The notes under the pieces are model-generated. The model saw only the letters and a program-made list of their open reading frames with translations, searched no databases and had not been told where the DNA came from. The position numbers and the translations under genes were made by a program. This document shows positions 28,756 through 38,855 of a stretch of DNA of 64,000 bases, piece after piece. The stretch's first letter is position 1, and every line of letters starts with the position of its first letter. Location of the stretch: assembly GCA_002282445.1 (NCBI GenBank), contig NCJK01000008.1, positions 37,817 to 101,816 on the forward strand, given 5' to 3'. The stretch comes from Burkholderiales bacterium 39-55-53 (GTDB taxonomy: Bacteria; Pseudomonadota; Gammaproteobacteria; Burkholderiales; Burkholderiaceae_C).

Positions 28756-31501
28756 ACAAGTTAGGCGCTAGCAAGCGTTCTAAATCTTTCACCGTCACAC
28801 CTTGTCGTTGCGCCAAGTCGTGCACTTGGTCTTCACCAATGCGGCCCACGTTGAAGTAGGTTGCTTCTGGGTGGGCCAAGTAAAAACCGCTCACGCTGGC
28901 TGCGGGTGTCATGGCCAAGCTGCTGGTCAAGCCCATGTCGATGTCGTCACACTGCAGCAAAGCAAACATGTCTTGCTTCGCGCTGTGGTCGGGGCAGGCT
29001 GGGTAGCCAGGCGCTGGACGAATGCCTTGGTATTTTTCTTTGATCAGGTCTTCGTTGCTCAGCGCTTCGTCTGCGGCATAGCCCCACAAGTCGGTGCGCA
29101 CGCGGTGGTGCATGCACTCGGCAAAGGCTTCGGCCAAGCGGTCGGCCAAGGCTTTGAACAAAATGGCGGAGTAGTCGTCATGCGCTTCGATGAAACGCTT
29201 TTCTTGCTTTTCTGCGCCTAGGCCTGCGGTCACCGCAAACAAGCCCACGTAGTCAGCGGCTTGGGTTTGGTCAGCCACAAAGTCGGCCAAGCAACGGTTA
29301 GGGTTGTTGTTTGGTTTGACCGTTTGTTGGCGCAAGCCGTGCCATGTCATCACTTGCTGTTGGCGGGTTTCGTCGGCGTACAAAACAATGTCATCACCTA
29401 CGCGCTGTGCAGGGTACAAGCCCACCACTGCATTGGCAGTGAGCCAGCGGTTGGCGATGATTTTTTTCAGCATCGCTTGGCCGTCGGCATACACCTTCTT
29501 GGCTTCCACGCCCACCACCGCGTCGTCGAGGATGGCGGGGAATGGGCCAGCCAAATCCCACGTTTGGAAGAACGGGGCCCAGTCGATGTATTTCTCTAGC
29601 TCAGCGAGGTCGAAGTTTTTGAACACGCGACGGCCAATGAACTTGGGCTTAGCGGGTTTGTAGCTATCAAAGCTCACAGGTGTGGCGTTGGCACGCGCTT
29701 GGGCCAAGGTGACCAACGACGTTTGCTTTTTGTTGGCGTGCTGCTCCCGCACATTGGCGTAATCGGCGTTCAGCTCGGCAATGTATTTAGCCGCTTGGTC
29801 TGACAACAAACCTTGCGCCACGCTCACGCTGCGTGAGGCATCGGGCACGTACACCACGGGGCCGTCGTAATGCGGTGCAATCTTCACGGCGGTGTGCACG
29901 CGGCTGCACGTTGCGCCACCAATCATCAGCGGCATTAGCCGCGAGCGGAAGTAATCGTCTTTTTGCATTTCGCCCGCGACGTATTGCATTTCTTCCAGCG
30001 ACGGGGTGATGAGGCCAGACAAGCCAATGATGTCTGCGCCCTCTTCTTTGGCCTTGGCCAAAATTTCGTGGCAAGGCACCATCACGCCCATGTTGACCAC
30101 TTCGTAGTTGTTGCACTGCAAGACCACGGTGACAATGTTTTTGCCAATGTCGTGCACGTCGCCCTTGACCGTGGCGATGACGATCTTTCCCTTGGCTTTC
30201 ACGTCTTGGCCCGCTTCGGCTTGCAAGCGTTTTTCTTCTTCGATGTAGGGCACGAGGTGCGCCACCGCTTGCTTCATCACGCGGGCCGACTTGACTACCT
30301 GCGGCAAGAACATCTTGCCTTGGCCAAACAAATCACCCACCACGTTCATGCCGTCCATCAACGGACCTTCAATCACGTGCAAGGGACGGCCGCCCTTGGC
30401 CAATATTTCGCGGTAAGCCTCTTCGGTGTCTTCGTTGATGAAGTCGGTGATGCCATGCACCAGCGCGTGGCTCAGGCGGTGTGCCACCGTCACGGGGGCA
30501 TCAGCAGTGCCGCGCCAAGCCAGCTTTTGGCTGTCGTCTTTGGCTGCGCCTTTGGCGGTTTCGGCTACTTCAATCAGGCGTTCGCCCGGCGTGAGGTGTG
30601 CTTCGCCTTCTTTGTATTTGGGGATGCGGTTGAGCACCACATCTTCCACACGCTCACGCAGTGTGGGCTCGAGGTCGTCATATACGCCCACCATGCCGGC
30701 GTTGACGATGCCTATGTCCATTCCCGCCTTGATGGCGTGGTACAGGAATACGGTGTGAATGGCTTCACGCACAGGGTCGTTGCCGCGGAAACTGAACGAC
30801 ACGTTCGACACGCCGCCGCTCACCTTCGCGCCGGGAAGGTTTTGCTTGATCCAACGCGTGGCTTCGATGAAGTCCACCGCGTAGTTGTCGTGTTCTTCAA
30901 TGCCGGTGGCAATGGCGAAGATGTTGGGGTCGAAGATGATGTCTTCGGGTGGGAAGCCCACTTCGTCCACCAACACGCGGTAAGCGCGTTCGCAAATTTC
31001 AATCTTGCGTGCGTAGGTGTCGGCTTGGCCTTTTTCGTCAAACGCCATCACCACCGCAGCCGCACCGTAGCGCTTGACCAGCGTGGCTTGGCGCTTGAAC
31101 TCGTCCAAGCCTTCTTTCATGCTGATCGAGTTGACGATGCCTTTGCCTTGAATGCAACGCAAGCCCGCTTCGATGACCGACCACTTCGATGAATCCACCA
31201 TCACCGGCACGCGCGCAATGTCGGGCTCGCCCGCCATCAGGTTAAGGAAGCGAACCATCGCGGCTTGGCTGTCCAACATGGCTTCGTCCATGTTGACGTC
31301 AATCACCTGTGCGCCGTTTTCCACTTGCTGACGCGCAACGGCCAAAGCTTGCTCGTACTCGCCGTTCAGAATCATGCGCGCAAAAGCTTTGGAGCCAGTG
31401 ACGTTGGTGCGCTCGCCAACGTTGACAAACAAACTGCCCTCGCCAATAGAGACTGGCTCAAGGCCAGACAGCTTCATGGGGGGAACTGCAGTGGAATTCA
31501 T
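28754..31501 (-). CDS. metH: methionine synthase, large module (pterin-binding, B12-binding, AdoMet-activation domains)
   Basis: Pterin-binding barrel, [11 protein letters not shown]12 motif and a C-terminal activation domain. ATG at 31501 preceded by AGGTGAG. Confidence 0.9.
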   Translation of the reverse strand: MNSTAVPPMKLSGLEPVSIGEGSLFVNVGERTNVTGSKAFARMILNGEYEQALAVARQQVENGAQVIDVNMDEAMLDSQAAMVRFLNLMAGEPDIARVPVMVDSSKWSVIEAGLRCIQGKGIVNSISMKEGLDEFKRQATLVKRYGAAAVVMAFDEKGQADTYARKIEICERAYRVLVDEVGFPPEDIIFDPNIFAIATGIEEHDNYAVDFIEATRWIKQNLPGAKVSGGVSNVSFSFRGNDPVREAIHTVFLYHAIKAGMDIGIVNAGMVGVYDDLEPTLRERVEDVVLNRIPKYKEGEAHLTPGERLIEVAETAKGAAKDDSQKLAWRGTADAPVTVAHRLSHALVHGITDFINEDTEEAYREILAKGGRPLHVIEGPLMDGMNVVGDLFGQGKMFLPQVVKSARVMKQAVAHLVPYIEEEKRLQAEAGQDVKAKGKIVIATVKGDVHDIGKNIVTVVLQCNNYEVVNMGVMVPCHEILAKAKEEGADIIGLSGLITPSLEEMQYVAGEMQKDDYFRSRLMPLMIGGATCSRVHTAVKIAPHYDGPVVYVPDASRSVSVAQGLLSDQAAKYIAELNADYANVREQHANKKQTSLVTLAQARANATPVSFDSYKPAKPKFIGRRVFKNFDLAELEKYIDWAPFFQTWDLAGPFPAILDDAVVGVEAKKVYADGQAMLKKIIANRWLTANAVVGLYPAQRVGDDIVLYADETRQQQVMTWHGLRQQTVKPNNNPNRCLADFVADQTQAADYVGLFAVTAGLGAEKQEKRFIEAHDDYSAILFKALADRLAEAFAECMHHRVRTDLWGYAADEALSNEDLIKEKYQGIRPAPGYPACPDHSAKQDMFALLQCDDIDMGLTSSLAMTPAASVSGFYLAHPEATYFNVGRIGEDQVHDLAQRQGVTVKDLERLLAPNL

Positions 31502-31531
31502 GGGGGTACTCACCTGGGGGCTATCAATACA

Positions 31532-31620
31532 GGTGAGCGTCGTTGCAAAAGATTCGGCCCCAAGCCTGACTTCACGCGCGAGTCCTGAAAGGACGGGTGA
31601 AGCTGCAACGCTCCTTGGGG
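31532..31620 (-). promoter_or_regulatory. SAH riboswitch in the metH (large module) leader
   Basis: The minus strand reads CCCCAAGGAGCGUUGC-AGCUUCAC...GUGAAGU-CAGGCUUGGGG...GCAACGACGCUCACC. This matches the SAH-element core (AGGAGCGYUGC, CAGGCUY, AACGRCGCUCAC). CUCACCUG can also pair with the SD-containing CAGGUGAG. Confidence 0.75.
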
Positions 31621-31670
31621 TAGCTCATATTTTAACCTCTGCGTTTTCAACGGCTGACTTCACGCCGAAA

Positions 31671-31895
31671 ATGCGAGCCGTGCAAAAAATACTCATTGTT
31701 TTATTGTCCGTCTCGCTTCCGGCATTGGCCGACAGTTCGGCTTGCACGCGCGAGTACGCACCTGCTTGTGGCGAGTACAAAGGCGAGCAAAAAACCTATC
31801 CCACACGTTGCGTCATGAAGAACGCCAAAGCGAAGTGGTTGTCAGACGGGGCATGTCATGCACCCACCACCGCAAACAAAAAACCCGCTGAATAA
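31671..31895 (+). CDS. small secreted Cys-rich protein, Kazal-like domain
   Basis: Signal peptide (…LPALA/DSS), then C-x7-CG...TYPTRC...DGAC, which resembles Y-x-P-V-CG...TY-x-N-x-C of Kazal_2 domains with 4 Cys. Confidence 0.5.
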   Translation: MRAVQKILIVLLSVSLPALADSSACTREYAPACGEYKGEQKTYPTRCVMKNAKAKWLSDGACHAPTTANKKPAE

Positions 31896-31908
31896 GCGGG
31901 CTTTATTT
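31877..31908. terminator. weak bidirectional hairpin between convergent small genes
   Basis: CCCGC-tgaataa-GCGGG flanked by an A-run and CTTTATTT. The stem is only 5 bp. Confidence 0.4.
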
Positions 31909-31921
31909 GAGCAAAAGTGGT

Positions 31922-32167
31922 TCAGTGCGCCTTGAACTTGCTATGCGCTTTGTAGCCGTTCTTGAAGTTATCCCATTCCAGCACGGGCGCATGGGCACCT
32001 AAAAACTCTCGCAGGAGCTGGCTGGATTGGAGCTTGGTCAACTCCAGTTTTTCTGAGATGAGTGTGCGGTTGATATGACCATGCTCTTTGTAGATGGCCA
32101 TAACGGCGTCCACACGGCTTTTTAAGTGACGGCCGGCAGGGGTTTCGATAAATGCTTGACTTGACAT
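31922..32167 (-). CDS. hypothetical 81-aa protein
   Basis: ATG-initiated ORF in the insert between the two metH modules. No motif recognised. Confidence 0.4.
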   Translation of the reverse strand: MSSQAFIETPAGRHLKSRVDAVMAIYKEHGHINRTLISEKLELTKLQSSQLLREFLGAHAPVLEWDNFKNGYKAHSKFKAH

Positions 32168-32289
32168 GGCGTAATGAATTTCTCAATTACGTCAATTTTC
32201 ATAATCTCTGCTTCGCCTGTAAATCCGCCACTTGGCGTATGAATTTCGCCTAGCACTTACATGTCTTGTAAGTGGCAACCAAAAAACTA

Positions 32290-33333
32290 TTAAGCCGCTT
32301 CACGATAAAAAGGCCCAGCGCTCAAAGCTCGCGCCTTTTGGTCCGACACCGCTTGGCCAATGGCCGCAATGTGGTCGGGCGTGGTACCGCAGCAGCCGCC
32401 CACGATATTGACCAAGCCTTCAGCGGCAAATTCGTGCAACAAACGGCTGGTCACATCTGGCGTTTCGTCAAAGCCGGTATCGCTCATGGGGTTGGGCAAG
32501 CCGGCGTTGGGGTAGCAGCTGATGAAGGTATCGCCCGCCACTTTGTTGAGTTCTTGGATGTAGGGGCGCATCAGCGTCGCGCCCAACGCGCAGTTGAGGC
32601 CAATGGCCAGCGGCTGCGAGTGGCGCACGCTGTGCCAGAACGCAGTCACAGTTTGACCGCTCAAGATGCGGCCCGAGGCGTCGGTCACCGTGCCGCTGAT
32701 GATGATGGGCAGGCGCTCGCCCGAGGCTTCAAAGAATTCTTCAATCGCAAACAGCGCTGCTTTGGCGTTGAGCGTGTCAAAAATGGTTTCGACCAACAGC
32801 ACATCTGAGCCGCCTTCAACCAAGGCTTTGACTTGGTCGTAATAGGCGGCGCGCAGTTCTTCAAAGTTCACATTGCGTGCGCCAGCGTCGTTCACATCGG
32901 GGCTGATACTGGCAGTTTTGGGCGTGGGGCCTACCGCGCCAGCCACAAAACGGGGTTTGTCTGGCGTGCTGTATTTGTCGCAGGCTTCGCGGGCAATGCG
33001 AGCCGAGGCCAAGTTCATCTCGTAGGCCAAGTCGGCCATGTCGTAGTCGGCCTGCGCAATGGTGGTCGCGCCAAAGGTGTTGGTCTCGATCAAGTCAGCG
33101 CCAGCGGCGAGGTAACGCTCGTGGATGTCACGAATCACGTCAGGGCGGGTGAGGCTGAGCAACTCGTTGTTGCCTTTCACGTCTTTGTGGAAGTCTTTGA
33201 AGCGCTCGCCCCTGTATTGCTCTTCATTCAGCTTGAAGCGCTGAATCATGGTGCCCATCGCGCCGTCGAGGATGGCTATGCGTTTGGCCAAGATGGCGGG
33301 TAATTCTTTTGCGCGGGTGTAGGCTTGAGTCAT
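32290..33333 (-). CDS. homocysteine S-methyltransferase domain protein (MetH N-terminal module as a separate gene)
   Basis: [11 protein letters not shown], the Zn-ligand context GLNCALG and the C-terminal [14 protein letters not shown] at 33333. Confidence 0.9.
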   Translation of the reverse strand: MTQAYTRAKELPAILAKRIAILDGAMGTMIQRFKLNEEQYRGERFKDFHKDVKGNNELLSLTRPDVIRDIHERYLAAGADLIETNTFGATTIAQADYDMADLAYEMNLASARIAREACDKYSTPDKPRFVAGAVGPTPKTASISPDVNDAGARNVNFEELRAAYYDQVKALVEGGSDVLLVETIFDTLNAKAALFAIEEFFEASGERLPIIISGTVTDASGRILSGQTVTAFWHSVRHSQPLAIGLNCALGATLMRPYIQELNKVAGDTFISCYPNAGLPNPMSDTGFDETPDVTSRLLHEFAAEGLVNIVGGCCGTTPDHIAAIGQAVSDQKARALSAGPFYREAA

Positions 33334-33367
33334 GCCTCTATTGTAAGAAGGGCGACAATACCGCCCC

Positions 33368-35341
33368 ATGCCGCACGTTTTGCCCCACGCCTCCAACACC
33401 ACTGACACAGCAGTGGCCGATGCGAACCCGCAAAATATCTTGCGCGAAGTCTTTGGCTACAACGCTTTTCGCGGCCCCCAAGAAGCCATCGTCAACCACG
33501 TGTGCGGCGGCGGGGATGCCCTGGTGCTCATGCCCACGGGCGGCGGCAAATCCCTTTGTTACCAAATTCCGGCCATTGCGCGCCAACGCGCTGGGCACGG
33601 CATCACCATCGTGGTGTCACCACTCATTGCGCTCATGCACGACCAAGTTGGCGCGCTGCACGAGGCGGGTGTTGAGGCTGCGTTTTTAAACTCCAGCCTC
33701 AGTGGCGAAGAAGCCAATGCGGTGGAGCAACGCCTGCGCCGTGGTGACATCACCCTGTTGTACGCCGCGCCCGAGCGCATCACCACGCCGCGTTTTTTGG
33801 CGCAGCTCGACATGCTGCACGAGCAAGGCCAGCTCAGCCTGTTTGCCATTGACGAAGCGCATTGCGTGAGCCAATGGGGCCACGACTTCCGCCCCGAATA
33901 CCGCGCTTTGACGGTATTGCACGAGCGCTACGCGGGCGTGCCGCGCATGGCGCTGACCGCCACCGCCGATGCGCTGACGCGCGCCGACATCGTGGAGCGC
34001 TTGCAGCTGGAAGACGCACAACAGTTCGTCAGCAGCTTTGACCGCCCCAACATCCGCTACACCATCGTCGAGAAAAAAGACGCCTCGCTGCAGCTGCTGC
34101 GCTTCATCCAACGCGAGCACACAGGGCCAGACTGGCAAGACAGCGGGATTGTGTATTGTCAATCGCGCAAGCGCGTGGAAGAAGTGGCCAAAAACTTGTG
34201 CGACGCAGGCATTGCCGCGCTGCCGTATCACGCGGGACTCGACAGCGCCATTCGCCAAAAGCACCAGAACCGCTTTTTGCGTGAAGAAGGTTTGGTGATG
34301 GTGGCCACGATCGCCTTTGGCATGGGCATCGACAAGCCCGATGTGCGTTTTGTGGCGCATTTGGACATGCCCAAAAACATCGAAGGCTATTACCAAGAAA
34401 CCGGCCGTGGCGGCCGCGACGGCCAAGCCGCCCATGCGTGGATGGCCTACGGCCTAAACGACGTCGTGAACCAACGCCGCATGATTGACGAAAGCCCGGC
34501 GGGCGAAGAGTTCAAGCAAGTCATGCGCGGCAAGCTTGATGCGCTGTTGGCGTTGGCCGAGGCGACCGATTGCCGTCGGGTGCGTTTGTTGGGGTATTTT
34601 GGCGAAACCTACGCACCCGAAAAGGGCGAAGCGCAACCCGACGCCGAGCAGCCCCAAGGCGAACAAGCCCCACGCTACACCTGTGGCAACTGCGACAACT
34701 GTTTGAATCCGCCCGAAATTTGGGACGGCACAGAAGCCGCTCGCATGCTGCTGTCCACCATCTACCGCATCAAACAGCAAAGCGGCATGTCGTTTGGCGC
34801 GGGCCATGTGATGGACATCTTGCGGGGCAAAGCCACCGAAAAGGTCAGCCAATACGGCCACGAGAAGCTCAGCACCTTTGGCATTGGTGCGCATTTCAGC
34901 GAGGTCCAGCTGCGCGGCGTGCTGCGCCAGCTCATCGCACTGGGCGCTTTGGGTGTGGACGCGCAAGCTTTCAACACTTTGTATTTGACCGAGGCGTCAC
35001 GGGCTGTGCTCAAGGGCGAAGTCACGGTGCGCCTGCGCGCGTCGGTATCCACACCCGCAGACCGCAAAGCAAAGCGCACCGCCAGCGGCACCTCCAAACC
35101 CGCGCCCATCGCGCTGGACGACGCAGGTCAAAAGCGTTACGACGCCCTCAAAGCTTGGCGCGCTGAGGTGGCCAAGTCGCACAACTTGCCCGCTTACGTC
35201 ATCTTCCATGACGCCACATTGGCGGCCATCGCGCAGGCCGAGCCGCATGACCTCGAAGCTCTCCAGGGCATCGCCGGCATCGGGGCCAAAAAGCTCGAAG
35301 CCTATGGTGGCGAGGTGCTTCGGGTGGTAACTTCAAGCTAG
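33368..35341 (+). CDS. recQ: ATP-dependent DNA helicase RecQ
   Basis: [26 protein letters not shown], Zn-binding CGNCDNC and a C-terminal HRDC domain. Confidence 0.95.
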   Translation: MPHVLPHASNTTDTAVADANPQNILREVFGYNAFRGPQEAIVNHVCGGGDALVLMPTGGGKSLCYQIPAIARQRAGHGITIVVSPLIALMHDQVGALHEAGVEAAFLNSSLSGEEANAVEQRLRRGDITLLYAAPERITTPRFLAQLDMLHEQGQLSLFAIDEAHCVSQWGHDFRPEYRALTVLHERYAGVPRMALTATADALTRADIVERLQLEDAQQFVSSFDRPNIRYTIVEKKDASLQLLRFIQREHTGPDWQDSGIVYCQSRKRVEEVAKNLCDAGIAALPYHAGLDSAIRQKHQNRFLREEGLVMVATIAFGMGIDKPDVRFVAHLDMPKNIEGYYQETGRGGRDGQAAHAWMAYGLNDVVNQRRMIDESPAGEEFKQVMRGKLDALLALAEATDCRRVRLLGYFGETYAPEKGEAQPDAEQPQGEQAPRYTCGNCDNCLNPPEIWDGTEAARMLLSTIYRIKQQSGMSFGAGHVMDILRGKATEKVSQYGHEKLSTFGIGAHFSEVQLRGVLRQLIALGALGVDAQAFNTLYLTEASRAVLKGEVTVRLRASVSTPADRKAKRTASGTSKPAPIALDDAGQKRYDALKAWRAEVAKSHNLPAYVIFHDATLAAIAQAEPHDLEALQGIAGIGAKKLEAYGGEVLRVVTSS

Positions 35342-35486
35342 GGCCAAACCCTCGTTGTTACATGAAAACGATAAAAAAGCATTACTTTTTATGTTGTTTT
35401 ATGTAACTCACAGGACATTTGAAAGCTTCGTGAAGGGGTGGGATTCATAGAATGTCACCCCATTGGTGTAGGCCAATGGCAATGAA

Positions 35487-35536
35487 TTGAGGTCAGAGCC
35501 TCGCAGCAGATCGCTGGGCTCTGACCTCAATTTTTT
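35487..35536 (+). terminator. strong terminator-like hairpin 15 nt upstream of the pckG start codon
   Basis: TTGAGGTCAGAGCC-15 nt loop-GGCTCTGACCTCAA followed by T6, then TAGGAG (SD) and the ATG. Confidence 0.6.
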
Positions 35537-35551
35537 GACTTAGGAGCTTTT

Positions 35552-37399
35552 ATGAACATCAACGCACCCGCCTATGTAAAGAACCCCAAGCTGGTCGCTT
35601 GGGTTGCCGAAATGGCCGCCTTGTGCAAGCCAGACACCGTGTACTGGTGTGACGGCAGCCAAGAAGAGTATGACCGTCTGTGCCAAGAACTGGTCGACGC
35701 AGGCACTTTCAAAAAGCTCAACCCCGCCAAGCGCGCCAACTCTTTCCTCGCCATAACCGACCCATCAGACGTGGCTCGCGTAGAAGACAGCACCTACATC
35801 TGCTCAGCCAAAAAAGAAAACGCCGGCCCTACCAACAACTGGATGGAACCCGCCCAAATGCGCGCCACGTTGAACCCCCTGTTCGACGGCTGCATGAAGG
35901 GCCGCACCATGTACGTCATCCCATTCAGCATGGGCCCTCTGGGTTCACACATTGCCCACGTGGGCATTGAGCTGTCGGATAGCGCCTACGTGGTGGTGAA
36001 TCAAAAACTCATGACCCGCATGGGCAAAGCCGTGTACGACGTGATCGGCACTGACGGCCCCTTCGTGCCTTGCGTGCACACCGTTGGCGCGCCTTTGGCC
36101 GCTGGCGAAAAAGACACCACCACTTGGCCTTGCAACCCCAAAACCAAGTACATCGTGCACTACCCAGAGACCCGCGAAATCTGGTCTTACGGTTCGGGCT
36201 ACGGCGGCAACGCCTTGTTGGGCAAGAAGTGCTTTGCCTTGCGCATCGCCTCCAACATGGGCCGCGACCAAGGCTGGTTGGCCGAGCACATGCTCATCTT
36301 GGGCGTGACTTCGCCAGAGGGCAAAAAGTACCACGTGGCAGCTGCGTTCCCAAGCGCTTGCGGCAAAACAAACTTCTCCATGTTGGTGCCACCTGCAGCC
36401 TTCAATGGCTGGAAAGTCACCACCATCGGTGACGACATTGCTTGGATCAAGCCACACGCTGACGGCAAGATGTACGCCATCAACCCAGAAGCTGGCTACT
36501 TTGGCGTCGCCCCTGGCACCAACATGAAGACCAACCCCAACTGCATGCTGAGCTTGCACAAAGACGTGATCTTCACGAACGTGGCGCTCACAGACGACGG
36601 CGACGTGTGGTGGGAAGGTATGGAAAAAGACACCGGCAGCATGCCCGAGCACTTGATCGACTGGCAAGGCAACGACTGGACACCCGCCATCGCCAAAGAA
36701 AAAGGCACCAAGGCGGCTCACCCCAACGCCCGCTTCACCGTGGCTGCCACCAACAACCCAGCTTTGGACCCTCAGTGGGACGACGCCAACGGCGTGGCCA
36801 TTGACGCCATGATGTTTGGCGGCCGCCGTTCCACCACCGTGCCACTTGTCACCGAAGCACGCAACTGGACCGAAGGCGTGTACATGGCTGCGACCATGGG
36901 CTCTGAAACCACCGCTGCCGCCTTTGGCGCACAAGGCGTGGTGCGCCGTGACCCATTCGCCATGCTGCCCTTCTGCGGCTACAACATGAGCGACTACTTC
37001 CAACACTGGTTAGACATCGGCGCTAAGCAAGCCGCTGCTGGCTACAAACTGCCCGCGTTGTACTGCGTGAACTGGTTCCGCAAAGACGAGTCTGGCTCGT
37101 TCGTGTGGCCTGGCTACGGCGACAACATGCGCGTGTTGAAGTGGATCATTGACCGCTTGGAAGGCAAAGCTCAAGGCCACGACACCATGTTTGGTGTGGC
37201 CCCGAACTACAGCGAAATCAACTGGTCTGGCATTGAGTTCAGCGCCGACGACTTCGCCAAAGTGACCAGCATCGACAAAGCCGCTTGGGCCGAAGAGTTC
37301 AAGCTGCACGAAGAGCACTTCAGCAAGTTGGCTTACAACCTGCCCAAGGCCATGAGCGACACGCTCAAATCTTTGGAAGCACGATTGGAAACTGTTTAA
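35552..37399 (+). CDS. pckG: phosphoenolpyruvate carboxykinase (GTP)
   Basis: GTP-PEPCK signature blocks ([22 protein letters not shown]). Confidence 0.95.
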   Translation: MNINAPAYVKNPKLVAWVAEMAALCKPDTVYWCDGSQEEYDRLCQELVDAGTFKKLNPAKRANSFLAITDPSDVARVEDSTYICSAKKENAGPTNNWMEPAQMRATLNPLFDGCMKGRTMYVIPFSMGPLGSHIAHVGIELSDSAYVVVNQKLMTRMGKAVYDVIGTDGPFVPCVHTVGAPLAAGEKDTTTWPCNPKTKYIVHYPETREIWSYGSGYGGNALLGKKCFALRIASNMGRDQGWLAEHMLILGVTSPEGKKYHVAAAFPSACGKTNFSMLVPPAAFNGWKVTTIGDDIAWIKPHADGKMYAINPEAGYFGVAPGTNMKTNPNCMLSLHKDVIFTNVALTDDGDVWWEGMEKDTGSMPEHLIDWQGNDWTPAIAKEKGTKAAHPNARFTVAATNNPALDPQWDDANGVAIDAMMFGGRRSTTVPLVTEARNWTEGVYMAATMGSETTAAAFGAQGVVRRDPFAMLPFCGYNMSDYFQHWLDIGAKQAAAGYKLPALYCVNWFRKDESGSFVWPGYGDNMRVLKWIIDRLEGKAQGHDTMFGVAPNYSEINWSGIEFSADDFAKVTSIDKAAWAEEFKLHEEHFSKLAYNLPKAMSDTLKSLEARLETV

Positions 37400-37420
37400 T
37401 CCGGTTTTTAATCCATCACA

Positions 37421-37456
37421 AGCCCCGCAAGGCCAAAAGCTTTGCGGGGCTTTTCT
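37421..37456 (+). terminator. rho-independent terminator after pckG
   Basis: AGCCCCGCAA-loop-TTGCGGGGCT followed by TTTTCTCTT. Confidence 0.75.
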
Positions 37457-37581
37457 CTTGAAAATCTGAAAAATTTCCGCATTTCGTATGCAAGAAAAGC
37501 TGAGGTTTCAAAGACAATCCACGCTTCACTGTTTTCTGTGCGTGTGATTTCTAACATCCCACGCTTTCAAAGGCCTCATCC

Positions 37582-38787
37582 GTGAACACCCCTCTTGCCT
37601 CCGCCCTGCGCACCGCAGCCCTCGCCTTGAGCGTGGTCGCCCTTCCCGTCTTCGCCCAAAACGTCATCAAGATTGGCGAGATCAACAGCTACAAAGCCCA
37701 GCCTGCATTCCTTGACCCCTATAAAAAAGGCATGGAATTGGCCGTAGAAGAAATCAACGCCGCAGGTGGCGTGAACGGTAAGCAACTTCAGCTCATCACC
37801 CGTGACGACAACGCCTCGCCCGGCGACGCTGTGCGTGCCGCCGAAGAGCTGCTGAGCCGCGAGAAAGTAGATGTGCTTTCGGGTGCGTTCCTCTCGCACA
37901 TTGGTTTGGCATTGGGCGACTTTGCCAAGCAACGTAAAGTGTTTTTCCTAGCGGGCGAGCCGCTGACCGACAAAATGGTTTGGCAAAACGGCAACCGCTA
38001 CACCTACCGCCTGCGCGCGAGTACCTACATGCAAGTGGCCATGCTCGTGCCCGAAGCCGCCAAGCTCAAGAAAAAACGCTGGGCCGTGGTCTACCCCAAC
38101 TACGAATACGGCCAATCGGCTGCCGCCACGTTCAAGCAACTGCTCAAAGCCGCACAACCTGATGTGGAATTCGTGCTCGAGCTCGCGCCGACGCTGGGCA
38201 AAATCGAAGCAGGCTCGGTGACGCAAGCGATTGCCGATGCCAAGCCCGATGCCATCTTCAACGTGTTGTTTGCCACCGACCTTGCAAAGTTTGTACGCGA
38301 AGGCAACACACGCGGTGTGTTCCAAGGGCGCGAAGTGGTGAGCCTCTTGACGGGAGAGCCTGAGTATTTGGAGCCGCTCAAAGACGAAACGCCTAATGGC
38401 TGGATTGTCACGGGCTACCCTTGGTACGGCGTGCAAACGCCTGAGCACAAAGCCTTTTACTTGGCCTACCACCGCAAGTACAACGACCACCCCCGCTTGG
38501 GCTCGGTCGTGGGCTACAGCATGATTCACGCTTTGGCTGCAGGCATCACCAAGGCCAAGAGCACAGAAACCGAAAAGCTGGTCACTGCATTCAGCGGTTT
38601 GAAATTCAGCACGCCCTATGGCCCCGTGATGTTCCGCAAGCAAGACAACCAGTCCACCATGGGCGCGTTCTTGGGTCGCACCAAAAACGACAATGGCAAA
38701 GGCGTGTTGGTAGACTACCGCTACATCGACGGAGCCAGCGTGCAACCCAGCGATGACGTTGTGAAAAAACTCAGACCGAGCAACTAA
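37582..38787 (+). CDS. ABC transporter substrate-binding protein (Leu/Ile/Val-binding protein family)
   Basis: Signal peptide and a type-1 periplasmic binding fold pattern. GTG start. Confidence 0.85.
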   Translation: MNTPLASALRTAALALSVVALPVFAQNVIKIGEINSYKAQPAFLDPYKKGMELAVEEINAAGGVNGKQLQLITRDDNASPGDAVRAAEELLSREKVDVLSGAFLSHIGLALGDFAKQRKVFFLAGEPLTDKMVWQNGNRYTYRLRASTYMQVAMLVPEAAKLKKKRWAVVYPNYEYGQSAAATFKQLLKAAQPDVEFVLELAPTLGKIEAGSVTQAIADAKPDAIFNVLFATDLAKFVREGNTRGVFQGREVVSLLTGEPEYLEPLKDETPNGWIVTGYPWYGVQTPEHKAFYLAYHRKYNDHPRLGSVVGYSMIHALAAGITKAKSTETEKLVTAFSGLKFSTPYGPVMFRKQDNQSTMGAFLGRTKNDNGKGVLVDYRYIDGASVQPSDDVVKKLRPSN

Positions 38788-38808
38788 ACGCCACTCGAAC
38801 CCAAACAC

Positions 38809-38838
38809 AACGCCCGCCTCTTGCGGGCGTTTTAATTT
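38809..38838 (+). terminator. intra-operon hairpin between the binding-protein and permease genes
   Basis: AACGCCCGC-ctctt-GCGGGCGTT followed by TTAATTT. Confidence 0.5.
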
Positions 38839-38855
38839 CAAAGCCACACACCTTG

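Noticed and set aside
35452-35490. A 12-codon leader peptide in the pckG leader as evidence for classical ribosome-mediated attenuation.
   Set aside because: It has no convincing SD, and its codon content gives no regulatory logic for a gluconeogenic gene. I mention it in the finding but do not annotate it as a CDS.
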